A DNA stretch of 64,000 nt, from contig CANRKO010000003.1 in NCBI GenBank assembly GCA_947631235.1, forward strand, positions 5,193-69,192, in the 5' to 3' direction. Shown in pieces: positions 50,769 through 60,840 of this stretch. The translations under genes and the position numbers were made by a program. Position 1 is the first letter of the stretch, and each line of letters starts with the position of its first letter. The DNA is from an uncultured Clostridia bacterium. Lineage in GTDB: Bacteria; Bacillota; Clostridia; UBA1381. The notes beneath the pieces were generated by a model. The model searched no databases. It had not been told where the DNA came from and saw nothing but the letters and a program-made list of their open reading frames with translations.

Positions 50769-51593
50769 CTACCTCCTAACCGCCCACTCCATACCGCACA
50801 GAACGATCCTTGCGTTCGGCTCGTAAACCTCACCGAGCATACTCACGGGCAGCGGATTTACGCCCCTGCCCATCTCAATCGTGAACCCCTCGCGCCCGAA
50901 CTCGTTTATGAACCAGTCCTTACACCCGCCGAAACACGCGCTGCCTTCGGGAACACCGACCTTGTATCCACTCTCCCGCGCCATCTCGTCCGCGATTTCT
51001 CGTGAACGGGGCGCCGTTTTTCCGTTAAAGTCATAGTAAATCTCCTCTCCCTGACTGTGAAAGCACAAAAGCATATCGAACCTCTCGCGCCTGATAAATC
51101 CGCACAGAGCCTTCGTTTCCGGCTCACTCATCGGCTTTTCGCCGCCGTAGAGCGACGGCGAAGGCGCGTCCTTCACGCTTTGCCAGTCCGCGTCAAAATT
51201 GTGATTTATGTCCACACCCCTCGCGTTCGCCTGCCACACCGGTTTAGTGTCCCCGCCGCGCAGAACGATTTCCACGCCGTCGGGGTTCACCATGGGGACA
51301 ATAAAAAGCGACGCGTTTTTACTTAAAAGACACGCGTCACGCCCGAAGAACATTTCACCGCGCATCGCGGCGCGGGCGTATTCCTCCGCGAACTTCGCGA
51401 GGAACGCCGAAGTGATGTATTCAAGCGCGTGGAACGCTCCGGCGGCAAGTACTTTTTTATGTCCCCCGCCTATCTTAACGCACAGTATCTCTCTCCCCAT
51501 GACGCTTTCGCCTATTTTAAACACGGCTGCGTTTTCGTATTTTTCCGAGATAACTTTAGTGTCCCCTAAAAGACGCGAGTAACTGTATTCCAT
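50769..51593 (-). CDS. M14 zinc peptidase (gamma-D-glutamyl-meso-DAP peptidase-like)
   Basis: HALE, MVNPDG, NARGVDINHNF, EPET, HSQG, TIE. Confidence 0.85.
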   Translation of the reverse strand: MEYSYSRLLGDTKVISEKYENAAVFKIGESVMGREILCVKIGGGHKKVLAAGAFHALEYITSAFLAKFAEEYARAAMRGEMFFGRDACLLSKNASLFIVPMVNPDGVEIVLRGGDTKPVWQANARGVDINHNFDADWQSVKDAPSPSLYGGEKPMSEPETKALCGFIRRERFDMLLCFHSQGEEIYYDFNGKTAPRSREIADEMARESGYKVGVPEGSACFGGCKDWFINEFGREGFTIEMGRGVNPLPVSMLGEVYEPNARIVLCGMEWAVRR

Positions 51594-51622
51594 TTTAGTG
51601 TCCCCCTATTTTAGTGTCCCCC
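51555..51622 (-). repeat. Three GGGGACACTAAA units overlapping the peptidase 5' end
   Basis: Direct reading; one unit supplies GGGGACACTAAAATG and one is in frame (LGDTKV). Confidence 0.8.
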
Positions 51623-51740
51623 GTTATGATGTCTTATTTATTTTATGCCGCGTTTTCCCGCGCTATACGCAAATAAATTCATATCGCTATGGAAATTTTC
51701 CGAAAAGTATGATAGAATGTAAATATAAGGAGAGGATTAC

Positions 51741-53276
51741 ATGAAAAAATTTATCTGCATAATTTTATCGGTCGTGTTTATGACGCTGACGTGCGCCTGC
51801 GCGGGCGCGGCGGGTTTTTCGGACGTAAACGAGGGCGACTGGTTCTACGAAAACGTGACCGACATGACAAATCAAGGTTACCTGTCGGGCTATGAGGACG
51901 GAACATTCCGCCCGTCGGGCATTATAACTAAGGCGGAACTTGTGAGCGTGACGGGCAGGATTGCGAACCTTACCGCGTCAACATCGGCGCAGTCGAACCA
52001 CTGGGCTGCCCCGATGATGCAGGCTGCGCTAGACAAGGGCTTTTACGATTGGGACGAGATACCGCCCACAGGCGAAACGTACGGCGACGCGATAACGCGT
52101 CAGCTTGCGGTAAAGATTATAATGAAGGCGTTTATGCCCGACGCGAAGGGCGACTACAACGACGCGGCGAAAGCGCCCGACTTTTCCGCGCTTGACGGAA
52201 GGTACTACGACGCGGTGATTGCGGCGGTGTCAAACGGCGTCGTTTACGGCGACGACAAAGGCAGCCTGAACCCGAAATCACCGATTACGCGCGCCGAGGC
52301 ATGCGCCATAATAATGCGCGCTGCGAATAAAAAAGGCAATCTGCAGCCTTATACTCCCGAACCTACCACCGCGCCGACCGCGCCCGCAACGGCTCGTAAA
52401 GGCGGAGTGAGCGAGAACGGTTGGCTCCGAGTTGACGGCACGCGCCTTGTGAACGAGCGCGGCGAAAATGTCGTGCTGCACGGCATGTCGTCGCACGGCT
52501 TACAATGGTTCCCGAATTTCGCGACCGAGGACGCGATAAAGGCGACAGCCGACTACGGCGCGAATTTGTTCCGCTGCGCGATGTACACCGGCGAGGGCGG
52601 CTATCTTTCCGACAAATCGGTCAAAAACACGCTCGTAAACGCCGTTGACGCGGCGATACGGCAGGATATGTACGTCATAATCGACTGGCATATTCTGTCC
52701 GACGGCGACCCGCTCGCGAACGTTGACGCGGCAGCCGAATTTTTCGCGGAAATGTCGGCGCGTTACGCGGACAGCCCGAACGTGCTTTACGAAATCTGCA
52801 ACGAGCCGAACGGCGGCGTGACGTGGAGCGGCAACGTTAAGCCGTACGCGGAAAAAATCATTCCCGTGATACGCCAAAACACGAACGGCATTATACTCGT
52901 CGGCAGTCCGACGTGGAGCCAGGATTTGTACGAGGCGGCGAAGGATCCGCTTACGGGCGAAAACATAATGTATACGTGCCACTTCTACGCCGGAACGCAC
53001 ACCGACTGGCTCAGACAGCGCATATCTGACTGCGGATTGCCCGTGTTTGTGACGGAGTGGGGAACGAGCGCGGCGGACGGTAACGGCGGCGTGTTCCTCG
53101 ACGAGACGCAAAGGTGGATCGACTTTATGAACGAGCGCGGCATAAGCTGGGCGAACTGGTCGCTCTGCGACAAGAGCGAGACGAGCGCGGCTCTGAGGGG
53201 CGGCGCAAACGTTTCCGACGGCATAAGCGCGGATGAACTCACGGATAGCGGCGCGTTTGTATTCGGTAATTTTTAA
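51741..53276 (+). CDS. SLH-domain GH5 endoglucanase
   Basis: Signal peptide; SLH repeats (FSDV..W, GYEDGTFRP, ITRAE); PT linker; LHGMSSHG, IIDWH, YEICNEP, HFYAGTH, VTEWG. Confidence 0.9.
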   Translation: MKKFICIILSVVFMTLTCACAGAAGFSDVNEGDWFYENVTDMTNQGYLSGYEDGTFRPSGIITKAELVSVTGRIANLTASTSAQSNHWAAPMMQAALDKGFYDWDEIPPTGETYGDAITRQLAVKIIMKAFMPDAKGDYNDAAKAPDFSALDGRYYDAVIAAVSNGVVYGDDKGSLNPKSPITRAEACAIIMRAANKKGNLQPYTPEPTTAPTAPATARKGGVSENGWLRVDGTRLVNERGENVVLHGMSSHGLQWFPNFATEDAIKATADYGANLFRCAMYTGEGGYLSDKSVKNTLVNAVDAAIRQDMYVIIDWHILSDGDPLANVDAAAEFFAEMSARYADSPNVLYEICNEPNGGVTWSGNVKPYAEKIIPVIRQNTNGIILVGSPTWSQDLYEAAKDPLTGENIMYTCHFYAGTHTDWLRQRISDCGLPVFVTEWGTSAADGNGGVFLDETQRWIDFMNERGISWANWSLCDKSETSAALRGGANVSDGISADELTDSGAFVFGNF

Positions 53277-53340
53277 TGTTTCAAACGGCGTAAAATGTGG
53301 TATATATAATTTATATCACCGACGAAGGGATGTGGTTTAC

Positions 53341-53886
53341 ATGGAAAAAACAGTTGTAACGATCGCCCGCAGCTACGGCAGCGGCGGTAAGGAAATCGGC
53401 AAGGAGCTTGCGAAATCTCTCGGCGTGAAGTATTACGGCAGGGAAATACTCGAAATGCTGCGCGGCGACGAGACGTACGAGGTGGACGACGAGAGCATAC
53501 AGGACACATCTCTTGAAGAGTCGGCGAAACTGTTTGAGGAGCAGTCAAAGCTTATACGCGAAATTGCGGAACGCGAAAGCTGCGTGATAGTCGGAAGATG
53601 CGCCGACTACGTGCTTAAAGATATGGACGGCGTGGTGCGCGTGTACCTTCACGCGCCGCTTAAAAGCTGTATGAAACGCGTGTCGCGTCTGTACGAGCTC
53701 AACCCCGACGACGCGAAGGAGCTTATCCGCTCCATGAACAAAACGCGCGGCAACTACTACGAGCATAACACCGGTCACAAGTGGACGGAGCTTACGAATT
53801 ACGACGTGTGCCTTAACACCGCCGGCATGAGTACGGAGCAGTGTATCGAGGTTATAAAGAAGTATATCGAAATGAAAAACGAGTAA
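53341..53886 (+). CDS. Cytidylate kinase-like family protein
   Basis: TIARSYGSGG, CVIVGRCADYVL, YDVCLNT. Confidence 0.85.
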   Translation: MEKTVVTIARSYGSGGKEIGKELAKSLGVKYYGREILEMLRGDETYEVDDESIQDTSLEESAKLFEEQSKLIREIAERESCVIVGRCADYVLKDMDGVVRVYLHAPLKSCMKRVSRLYELNPDDAKELIRSMNKTRGNYYEHNTGHKWTELTNYDVCLNTAGMSTEQCIEVIKKYIEMKNE

Positions 53887-53889
53887 ACA

Positions 53890-53929
53890 GGGACACTAAA
53901 ATAGGGGACACTAAAGTTTTAGTGTCCCC
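53890..53929. repeat. GGGGACACTAAA units, direct and inverted (possible bidirectional terminator)
   Basis: GGGACACTAAA-AT-AGGGGACACTAAAG-TTTTAGTGTCCCCT between convergent genes. Confidence 0.8.
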
Positions 53930-53948
53930 TTTGATATGCCTTAAAATA

Positions 53949-54719
53949 TCACAGCTTACCGCCGCACTTTGAGCAGAACTTCTCGCCGCCCGAGTTAACC
54001 GTGCCGCACGCGGGGCAGGTAACGGGAGGGAGATGTGACGCGGCGCTGTCCGTCTTTTTCACGGCGGGCTTTTTGCCGTACTCGTAAAATCCCGCCTCGA
54101 CCAGTCCGAAAAACAGCGGCGCGAACAGTGAGAATATAATCGTCAAAAGCACCGTGATGATTGCGAACGGTATAGTCAGCACTCTTACGAGTGCGCCCAC
54201 AGCCGCGAAAATCAAAATAACGACGACGCACGCTATCGCGGGCAGCGTTCTTCCCGCGAATATGCCGAGTTTCAGACCCTTTGTGTCCTCCTTGGACTTT
54301 TTGAGCGCGTCGAGCGCGCCGACCTCAGGTTCTTCGAGCAGAATGTACGGAGTGAACGCGTACTGTATCGCTTTGTATACCGCCAGCACAACTCCCGCGA
54401 CGGGTATAAGTCCCCATATAAATATCCACAGATACATCCAGCACATACCGCCCGCAACGTGCTTGAACGTCTTAAAATCCTTAAACGCCGCGAACATCGG
54501 CTTTGAGTCCGGCACGTCGCCGGTCGAGTACGTCATGTAGTAAATCAGTATCATACCCGCTTCGAGCGCAGCCGTTATCGGCAGCGTCACCAACGGCAGA
54601 TTTACGCTGAAAAACGACAGCAGCGACACCAAAAGCCCGTTAAGGAGCGAAAGACCCCACAGCTTTACGGGTATTCTCTTTAATATCATCAATGTTCTTG
54701 AATATACAGCTTTAATCAT
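53949..54719 (-). CDS. Membrane protein (DUF975-like) with C-terminal zinc ribbon
   Basis: Several TMs, YAFTPYIL..P, CPACG..CSKCG. Confidence 0.7.
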   Translation of the reverse strand: MIKAVYSRTLMILKRIPVKLWGLSLLNGLLVSLLSFFSVNLPLVTLPITAALEAGMILIYYMTYSTGDVPDSKPMFAAFKDFKTFKHVAGGMCWMYLWIFIWGLIPVAGVVLAVYKAIQYAFTPYILLEEPEVGALDALKKSKEDTKGLKLGIFAGRTLPAIACVVVILIFAAVGALVRVLTIPFAIITVLLTIIFSLFAPLFFGLVEAGFYEYGKKPAVKKTDSAASHLPPVTCPACGTVNSGGEKFCSKCGGKL

Positions 54720-54736
54720 TTTTTTATGTCCTTTCT

Positions 54737-55429
54737 TTACTTTCCCTGACCGTAGTACGCGTTTGCGCCGTGCTTGCGGTAGTAATGCTTATCCTGCAAA
54801 ATTTGCGGCGCGGGCTTTACGTCAGGGTTTATAGCCTCGGTATGCACCGCCATTTTCGCGACCTCTTCAAGCACAACGGCGTTATGCACTGCCTCGTGGC
54901 CGTCTTTGCCCCACGTAAAAGGACCGTGGTTCTTGCACAGCACCGCCGGAACAGCCTCGTAATCCTTATCCTTGAAGTAATCGACTATCAGCACGCCCGT
55001 ATTTTTCTCGTAGCCCGCGTCGATCTCCTCCTTCGTGAGATTGCGCACGCACGGCACGGAGCCGTAAATGTAGTCGGCGTGTGTCGTGCCGTAGCAGGGA
55101 ATATCGCGCCCCGCCTGCGCCCAGCTTGTCGCCCACGGCGAATGAGTGTGAACGATGCCGCCTATATTCTTAAACGCCTTGTAAAGTTCGATATGCGTCG
55201 CCGTGTCGGACGACGGATTGTACCTTCCCTCTATTTTGTTGCCGTCAAGATCCATTATAACCATGTCGTCCGGCGTAAGCTTGTCGTACTCAACGCCCGA
55301 CGGCTTTATCGCGAAATATCCCGTCCCGCGGTCGATCTCGCTGACGTTGCCCCACGTGAACGTCACAAGTCCGTGTTTGGGGAGCAGCATATTCGCCTCG
55401 TAAACGCGCTTTTTAAGTTCCTCCAGCAT
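54737..55429 (-). CDS. araD: L-ribulose-5-phosphate 4-epimerase
   Basis: [36 protein letters not shown]. Confidence 0.96.
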   Translation of the reverse strand: MLEELKKRVYEANMLLPKHGLVTFTWGNVSEIDRGTGYFAIKPSGVEYDKLTPDDMVIMDLDGNKIEGRYNPSSDTATHIELYKAFKNIGGIVHTHSPWATSWAQAGRDIPCYGTTHADYIYGSVPCVRNLTKEEIDAGYEKNTGVLIVDYFKDKDYEAVPAVLCKNHGPFTWGKDGHEAVHNAVVLEEVAKMAVHTEAINPDVKPAPQILQDKHYYRKHGANAYYGQGK

Positions 55430-55441
55430 AATAAAATCTCC

Positions 55442-57031
55442 TTACTTTAAATTTTCAACGGCTGCTTTTTCGATAGCAAGACCGTTTCTGTATCTTTCCG
55501 CGTACGCGTTAAAGCCCTTAACGTCGTCCTCATTCGGTTCGAGCGTGTAAACGTTTCCGCCCGCGAACACGTTATCGTTTAAAAAGTCGGTGAGCGTCTT
55601 GCCGCCGCCGTTTACCATGTACGACGCGAGCAGAGCGATACCCCATGCGCCGCCTTCGCCCGCCGTTTCCATCAGCGACACGGGGCAGTTCATCGCCGCA
55701 GCCATAAAGCTTTGACCCACATCCTTCGTCTTAAACAGACCGCCGTGACCGAACATTTTATCTATCTTTACGTTCTCCTTCGCGAGAATATCCATGCCGA
55801 GTTTCAGCGTCGCCATGGACGCGTACAAATGCGTCCTCATCATATTCGCGAGATTGAATTTTGCGTCTGGCAGCCTTACGAAAAGCGGTCTGCCCTCGGG
55901 AATATCGGTGATGTTCTCACCCGAAAAATAGTTGTACGCGAGCAGTCCGCCGCAGTCCTTATCGCCCTCGAGCGCCTTCGTGTACAGTTTGTCGTACAAT
56001 TCGCCCATGCTTATTTCCGCGCCGGTCAGCGATGCGAACTCGCGGAAAATATTCACCCACGCGTTAAGGTCGGACGTGCAGGTGTTGACGTGTACCATCG
56101 CCACGTCGTCGCCCGACGGCGTAGTCACAACGTCGATTTCGGGGTACGCGTTTTTAAGCGGCTCGTCGAGTACCACCATCGCGAATACCGACGTACCCGC
56201 CGACACGTTGCCGGTGCGTTTTGTGATGCTGTTCGTCGCGACCATGCCCGTACCTGCGTCGCCCTCGGGCGGACACATCGGTATACCGCTTTCGAGGTCG
56301 CCCGACGGATCGAGCAGTTTTGCGCCCTCGGCGGTAAGCGTTCCGGCGTTTTCGCCTGCCGAAAGCACCTTCGGGAATATGTTTCTCACGGAAATGCCCG
56401 CTGATTTGACCTTCGGGAGATTGTCAAATTTTTCGAGCATGACCTCGTTGTAATCCTTCGTTTTGCTGTCGATCGGGAACATACCCGATGCTTCTCCCAC
56501 GCCGAGCGCGAACTCGCCCGTGAGCAGCCAATGAACGTAGCCGGCGAGCGTCGTCTGATACTTTATCTGTCCGACGTGTTCCTCGCCGTTCAAAATCGCT
56601 TGGTACAAATGCGCTATGCTCCACCGCTGCGGAATATTGAAACCGAACAGCGCGCTGAGTTCCTCCGCCGCGTCCGCCGTCATGGAGTTGCGCCACGTGC
56701 GGAACGGAACGAGCAGATTTTTGTCCGCGTCAAACGCCATATAACCGTGCATCATCGCGCTTACGCCGATTGCGCCGACCTTTGTGAGCGTCACGCCGTA
56801 GCGCAACTTTACGTCTTCTTTTAGGTGTGCGTAGCAGTCCTGTAAGCCCGTAAGTATATCTTCGAGCGTGTACGTCCACACGCCGTTTTCGAGACGGTTT
56901 TCCCACTCGTGGTCGCCCTGCGCGACAGGCGCGTTCGTGCTGTCAACGAGTACGGCTTTTATGCGCGTCGAGCCGAACTCGATACCGAGAGCCGTCCTGC
57001 CGTTTAATATCTCACCCTTTATCCTTTCCAT
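55442..57031 (-). CDS. FGGY-family carbohydrate kinase (probable L-ribulokinase)
   Basis: [28 protein letters not shown]; adjacent to araD. Confidence 0.85.
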   Translation of the reverse strand: MERIKGEILNGRTALGIEFGSTRIKAVLVDSTNAPVAQGDHEWENRLENGVWTYTLEDILTGLQDCYAHLKEDVKLRYGVTLTKVGAIGVSAMMHGYMAFDADKNLLVPFRTWRNSMTADAAEELSALFGFNIPQRWSIAHLYQAILNGEEHVGQIKYQTTLAGYVHWLLTGEFALGVGEASGMFPIDSKTKDYNEVMLEKFDNLPKVKSAGISVRNIFPKVLSAGENAGTLTAEGAKLLDPSGDLESGIPMCPPEGDAGTGMVATNSITKRTGNVSAGTSVFAMVVLDEPLKNAYPEIDVVTTPSGDDVAMVHVNTCTSDLNAWVNIFREFASLTGAEISMGELYDKLYTKALEGDKDCGGLLAYNYFSGENITDIPEGRPLFVRLPDAKFNLANMMRTHLYASMATLKLGMDILAKENVKIDKMFGHGGLFKTKDVGQSFMAAAMNCPVSLMETAGEGGAWGIALLASYMVNGGGKTLTDFLNDNVFAGGNVYTLEPNEDDVKGFNAYAERYRNGLAIEKAAVENLK

Positions 57032-57125
57032 GACTTCCTCCTTGTATTCGATTGTTTTTCTATATTATAACATTTGTGTTTTGTTTTGTAAATAGCGGGA
57101 TTGATATTTAATTGATGAGGTGAAA

Positions 57126-57375
57126 AACCCCTCCGGCGCCTACGGCACCACCTCCCCTATTAGGGGAGGCATACGGTGAGGCTCCCCTACTAGGGGAGCT
57201 GTCACACGCAGTGTGACTGAGGGGTTTATGCGGGCGACCGCAAGGGTCGCCCCTACGTATGACCCCCTCTATGAGGGGGTCTAAACTTGCTTGCAAGTTT
57301 AGGGGGGTGTTGTTTGTGAACGCAATTTATACACCCCCCGAAATCAAAGATTTTGACCCCCTCGTAGAGGGGGTC
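57126..57375. repeat. Repeat cluster: family B, GTAG-REP, family C
   Basis: Same components and order as 20183-20457. Confidence 0.88.
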
Positions 57376-57474
57376 TTGCGTCAATTTCCCCAACATTTCT
57401 TCACAAACACTTGAAAAATACGCCGCGATATGATAAAATAACCATGTATGAACAAAATTTAAAGGAGAATTAAC

Positions 57475-58206
57475 ATGTCAGGACATTCAAAATGGAGTAC
57501 GATAAAGCGTAAAAAGGGCGCGAACGACGCGCAGAGAGCGAAGATATTCACAAAAATAGCGCGTGAAATCATCGTTGCCGTAAAGGCGGGCGGCCCCGAC
57601 CCGGACAACAATTCGAGCCTTAAAGACGCAATCGCGAAGGCGCGCTCGAACAACATGCCGAACGACAACATCAACCGCACGATAAAGAAAGCCGCAGGCG
57701 ACAACGACACCGCGAACTACGAGAGCATCACCTACGAGGGCTACGGTCCCGCGGGCGTGGCGGTAATCGTCAACGCGCTTACCGACAACCGCAACAGGAC
57801 GGCTGCCGACGTGCGCCATGCGTTCGACAAGAACGGCGGCAACATGGGTCAGACCGGCTGCGTAAGCTTTATGTTCGACCGCAAGGGCGTTATAGTCATT
57901 GAGGACGAGGATTTGGATGAGGAAACCGTAACGATGGACGCGCTGGAGGCGGGCGCGGAGGATTTGGAGGTTGACGGCGAAATCGCCGAAATCACCACCG
58001 ACCCGAACGAAATGGGCGCTGTTCGCGACGCGCTCGCGGAAAAGTACACGATTTCGTCAGCCGAGGTCAGCATGGTTCCGCAGACAATGACGCAGCTTAC
58101 CGACGAAGGACAGATTGCATCTATGACAAAGCTGCTCGATATGCTGGAGGATAACGACGACGTACAGGACGTTTATCATAACTGGGAGATGCCTGATGAG
58201 GAATAA
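57475..58206 (+). CDS. YebC/PmpR-family protein
   Basis: [29 protein letters not shown]. Confidence 0.96.
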   Translation: MSGHSKWSTIKRKKGANDAQRAKIFTKIAREIIVAVKAGGPDPDNNSSLKDAIAKARSNNMPNDNINRTIKKAAGDNDTANYESITYEGYGPAGVAVIVNALTDNRNRTAADVRHAFDKNGGNMGQTGCVSFMFDRKGVIVIEDEDLDEETVTMDALEAGAEDLEVDGEIAEITTDPNEMGAVRDALAEKYTISSAEVSMVPQTMTQLTDEGQIASMTKLLDMLEDNDDVQDVYHNWEMPDEE

Positions 58207-58498
58207 AGTAATCGGACTTCTGAAAAACACATGGGGGCTTTTGATATTCGCCCTCGTCGCCGGATGCGCGTATTACGCGGTTGTGCTCAAATTCATTCTC
58301 GCGCATACGAGCGTCGGCGGCGGATTGCTCGGATTTTTCTTCGCTCCGCTGATAATTTGCGGCGCGGCACTCGTGCTTGTGAAGATAATCAAGCAGTGCT
58401 TTGAAAACGGAACCGAAAATAAGGCGGTCGTCATATTCTGGGCGCACGTGCTGTTTATCGCCGTCGCTGCAGTCCTAACCGCCGCAATGTTTGCGTAA
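58196..58498 (+). CDS. Hypothetical membrane protein (3 TM)
   Basis: Hydrophobic ORF overlapping the yebC end, followed by a terminator. Confidence 0.7.
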   Translation: MRNKVIGLLKNTWGLLIFALVAGCAYYAVVLKFILAHTSVGGGLLGFFFAPLIICGAALVLVKIIKQCFENGTENKAVVIFWAHVLFIAVAAVLTAAMFA

Positions 58499-58513
58499 AT
58501 TGCGTAAATAATG

Positions 58514-58541
58514 AAAATCCACCTGCACAGGTGGATTTTTT
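58514..58541. terminator. Rho-independent terminator
   Basis: AAAATCCACCTG-ca-CAGGTGGATTTTTT. Confidence 0.75.
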
Positions 58542-58588
58542 GTGTAAAGCCCACTATTGAGGGGGGTATTTTTTGGTTATGCAAAAAC

Positions 58589-58734
58589 GTAGGGGCGAAC
58601 CGTGTTCGCCCGAAGTAAGGCCCCCTTGTCAAAGGGGGCTGTCACACGTAGTGTGACTGGGGGATTCCTTTTTCGTTTTTATAATGAATCCCTCCACCGC
58701 CTACGGCGGTCCCCCTCCCTTTAACAAGGGAGGC
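58589..58734. repeat. GTAG-REP plus family A (reverse)
   Basis: Near-identical to 60462-60609. Confidence 0.9.
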
Positions 58735-58748
58735 TGACGGTTGCCCTT

Positions 58749-59012
58749 TTACCCCTTCCTTGCTTTTTCCCCGCGGTATTTTTCACGCGTCGCCATACCT
58801 CCCCGTATATGGCGTTCAGCCTTATTCTGTTCGAGCACGCGCTGCGCCTCCTTATACAGCGCGGGATTGATTTTCGCGAGCCGCTCGTGAACGTCTTTAT
58901 GTACCGTGGATTTGCTGATGTTAAAAACCTTTGCCGCCCTGCGCACAGTCGCGTTATTCTCTATGATGTACTGCGCCGTTTCCACCGCGCGCGTTTCAAT
59001 ATAATTCTTCAT
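58749..59012 (-). CDS. spoIIID: Sporulation transcription factor SpoIIID
   Basis: YIE.RA..A.YIIENNATVR, SKSTVHKD, ERHIRGGMAT. Confidence 0.95.
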   Translation of the reverse strand: MKNYIETRAVETAQYIIENNATVRRAAKVFNISKSTVHKDVHERLAKINPALYKEAQRVLEQNKAERHIRGGMATREKYRGEKARKG

Positions 59013-59204
59013 TATCCCACCGACCTTTCTGTAGAATGTATATGACGCACCGCGTCGATATATTCGGAGGGGACTTGCATAAATGATACGGGTTTGCGGC
59101 GTTTAACGGATATTGCTTTTCGGCAAACAATATTGTCTGTACGCGCCGCGTGCGATGTGGTATACTTACAATACGCGGAAGTATAATAATATCGCGGGGT
59201 GACA

Positions 59205-60374
59205 ATGTTGACTTCATTTCTCATAAAACGGTTCGTGAAAAATTACGGCGACGTTTCGGATACGCGCGTGCGCGGCTCTTACGGGCTGCTCGCCGGTATT
59301 ACGGGCATTGTTTGCAATGTCCTTCTTTTCGCGTTCAAGCTGCTTGCGGGCATACTTGCCGGCTCGGTGTCGGTAATCGCCGACGCGGTGAACAACCTTT
59401 CCGACGCGTCAACGTGCGTAATGAGCTTTCTCGGATTTAAGCTGTCGCAGCGTCCGGCTGACAGCGAGCATCCCTACGGTCACGGACGGTACGAGTACCT
59501 CGCGGGTATCATCGTCGCGGTGATGATTATAGTTATCGGCGTGGAGCTTTTGCGCGAGGGCGTGGGCAAAATCATACGCCCCGCAGCCGTAAGCTTTTCC
59601 GCGCTGACGTTTGTGATACTTATTTGCTCGATACTCGTAAAATTGTGGATGATGTTTTTTTACAGGCGCATAGGCAGAACGATAAATTCCGAAACGCTTA
59701 TCGCAACGTCGGCAGACAGCCGCAACGACGTGATAAGCTCGCTCGCCGTACTTGCGGGCGCGGCTGTTTCAAAGGTGTGGGGCGTAACGCTCGACGGCTG
59801 GATAGGCGTTGCCGTGTCGGTGTTCGTAATTGTGAGCGGAATACTCGCCGCGAAGGACACGCTCGACCCGGTGCTGGGCAGAGCGCCAGACCCGAAAACG
59901 GTCGCGGATATAAAGGAGAGGATAATGCGGTACGAGGGCGTTATCGGTACGCACGACCTCATGGTGCATGATTACGGTCCGGGCAGACAGTTCGCGAGCG
60001 TGCATGTGGAGATGCCCGCCGACGGCGACCCGCTTGCGATGCACGAGATAATAGATAAAATGGAGCGTGATTTTCTGGAAAAGGACGGTCTGCATATGGT
60101 GGTGCATTATGACCCGATACCGTCGAAAAATTCGGAAATGGGAAGCCTTCGCGAGTGGATTTGCGGCGAGATGAAAAAACTCGATGAAAGAATTACCGTC
60201 CACGACCTCGGCATGAACGGCAATACTGTGCGGCTCGACTGCGCCGTGCCGAAGGATATGGCGGAGAGTGACGAGGAAATCGAGGAGCATATAAAGAGTA
60301 TCGTCAAAGTGAGGTATCCCGACGCACAGTGCGAAGTTAAAATTGACCGCTCATTCGCGGAAATTGCAAAGTAG
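59205..60374 (+). CDS. Cation diffusion facilitator transporter
   Basis: ADAVNNLSD, HPYGHGRYEY, DSRND, HDYGPG. Confidence 0.92.
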   Translation: MLTSFLIKRFVKNYGDVSDTRVRGSYGLLAGITGIVCNVLLFAFKLLAGILAGSVSVIADAVNNLSDASTCVMSFLGFKLSQRPADSEHPYGHGRYEYLAGIIVAVMIIVIGVELLREGVGKIIRPAAVSFSALTFVILICSILVKLWMMFFYRRIGRTINSETLIATSADSRNDVISSLAVLAGAAVSKVWGVTLDGWIGVAVSVFVIVSGILAAKDTLDPVLGRAPDPKTVADIKERIMRYEGVIGTHDLMVHDYGPGRQFASVHVEMPADGDPLAMHEIIDKMERDFLEKDGLHMVVHYDPIPSKNSEMGSLREWICGEMKKLDERITVHDLGMNGNTVRLDCAVPKDMAESDEEIEEHIKSIVKVRYPDAQCEVKIDRSFAEIAK

Positions 60375-60375
60375 C

Positions 60376-60609
60376 GGGGACAGTAAAATGTGGGGGACAC
60401 TAAAACTGATAGGGGACACTAAAATTTTAGTGTCCCCCCCGTTTTTGTGTGCGCGGAATATGTAGGGGCGACCCTCACGGTCGCCCGAAGTAAGGCCCCC
60501 TTGTCAAAGGGGGCTGTCACACGTAGTGTGACTGGGGGATTCCTTTTTCATTTTTATAATGAATCCCTCCACCGCCTACGGCGGTCCCCCTCCCTTTAAC
60601 AAGGGAGGC
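60376..60609. repeat. GGGGACACTAAA units, GTAG-REP and family A (reverse)
   Basis: Direct reading. Confidence 0.88.
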
Positions 60610-60689
60610 TAATGGTACGCCAACGCAAGTTTCCCCTTTGACAAGGGGCGCATAGGTTGCCCCAAAAGAAACTAATGTTCAAAAAAGTA

Positions 60690-60718
60690 TTGACAAAAGA
60701 TACAAGATGTGGTATAAT
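60690..60718 (+). promoter_or_regulatory. Consensus sigmaA promoter
   Basis: TTGACA-17-TATAAT with TG extension. Confidence 0.75.
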
Positions 60719-60840
60719 ATCTATTAAAGATACGAAAAGTCATGTCGTACCGTTAAAAGCGCACGGAGCTTATCCGAAAAATACAGTAACGGAAATACGG
60801 CGCGGCTTTTGTATCAAAACAGCGGAAAGGGGTGAACTGT

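Noticed and set aside
3630-60609. CRISPR array interpretation of the recurring palindromes
   Set aside because: Copies are dispersed or inverted, with no regular repeat-spacer periodicity and no cas genes
60729-60814. Purine riboswitch or hammerhead assignment of the leader
   Set aside because: P1 ends resemble UCGUA/UACG, but the purine core (AUAUGG, UUUCUACC) and hammerhead CUGAUGA are absent
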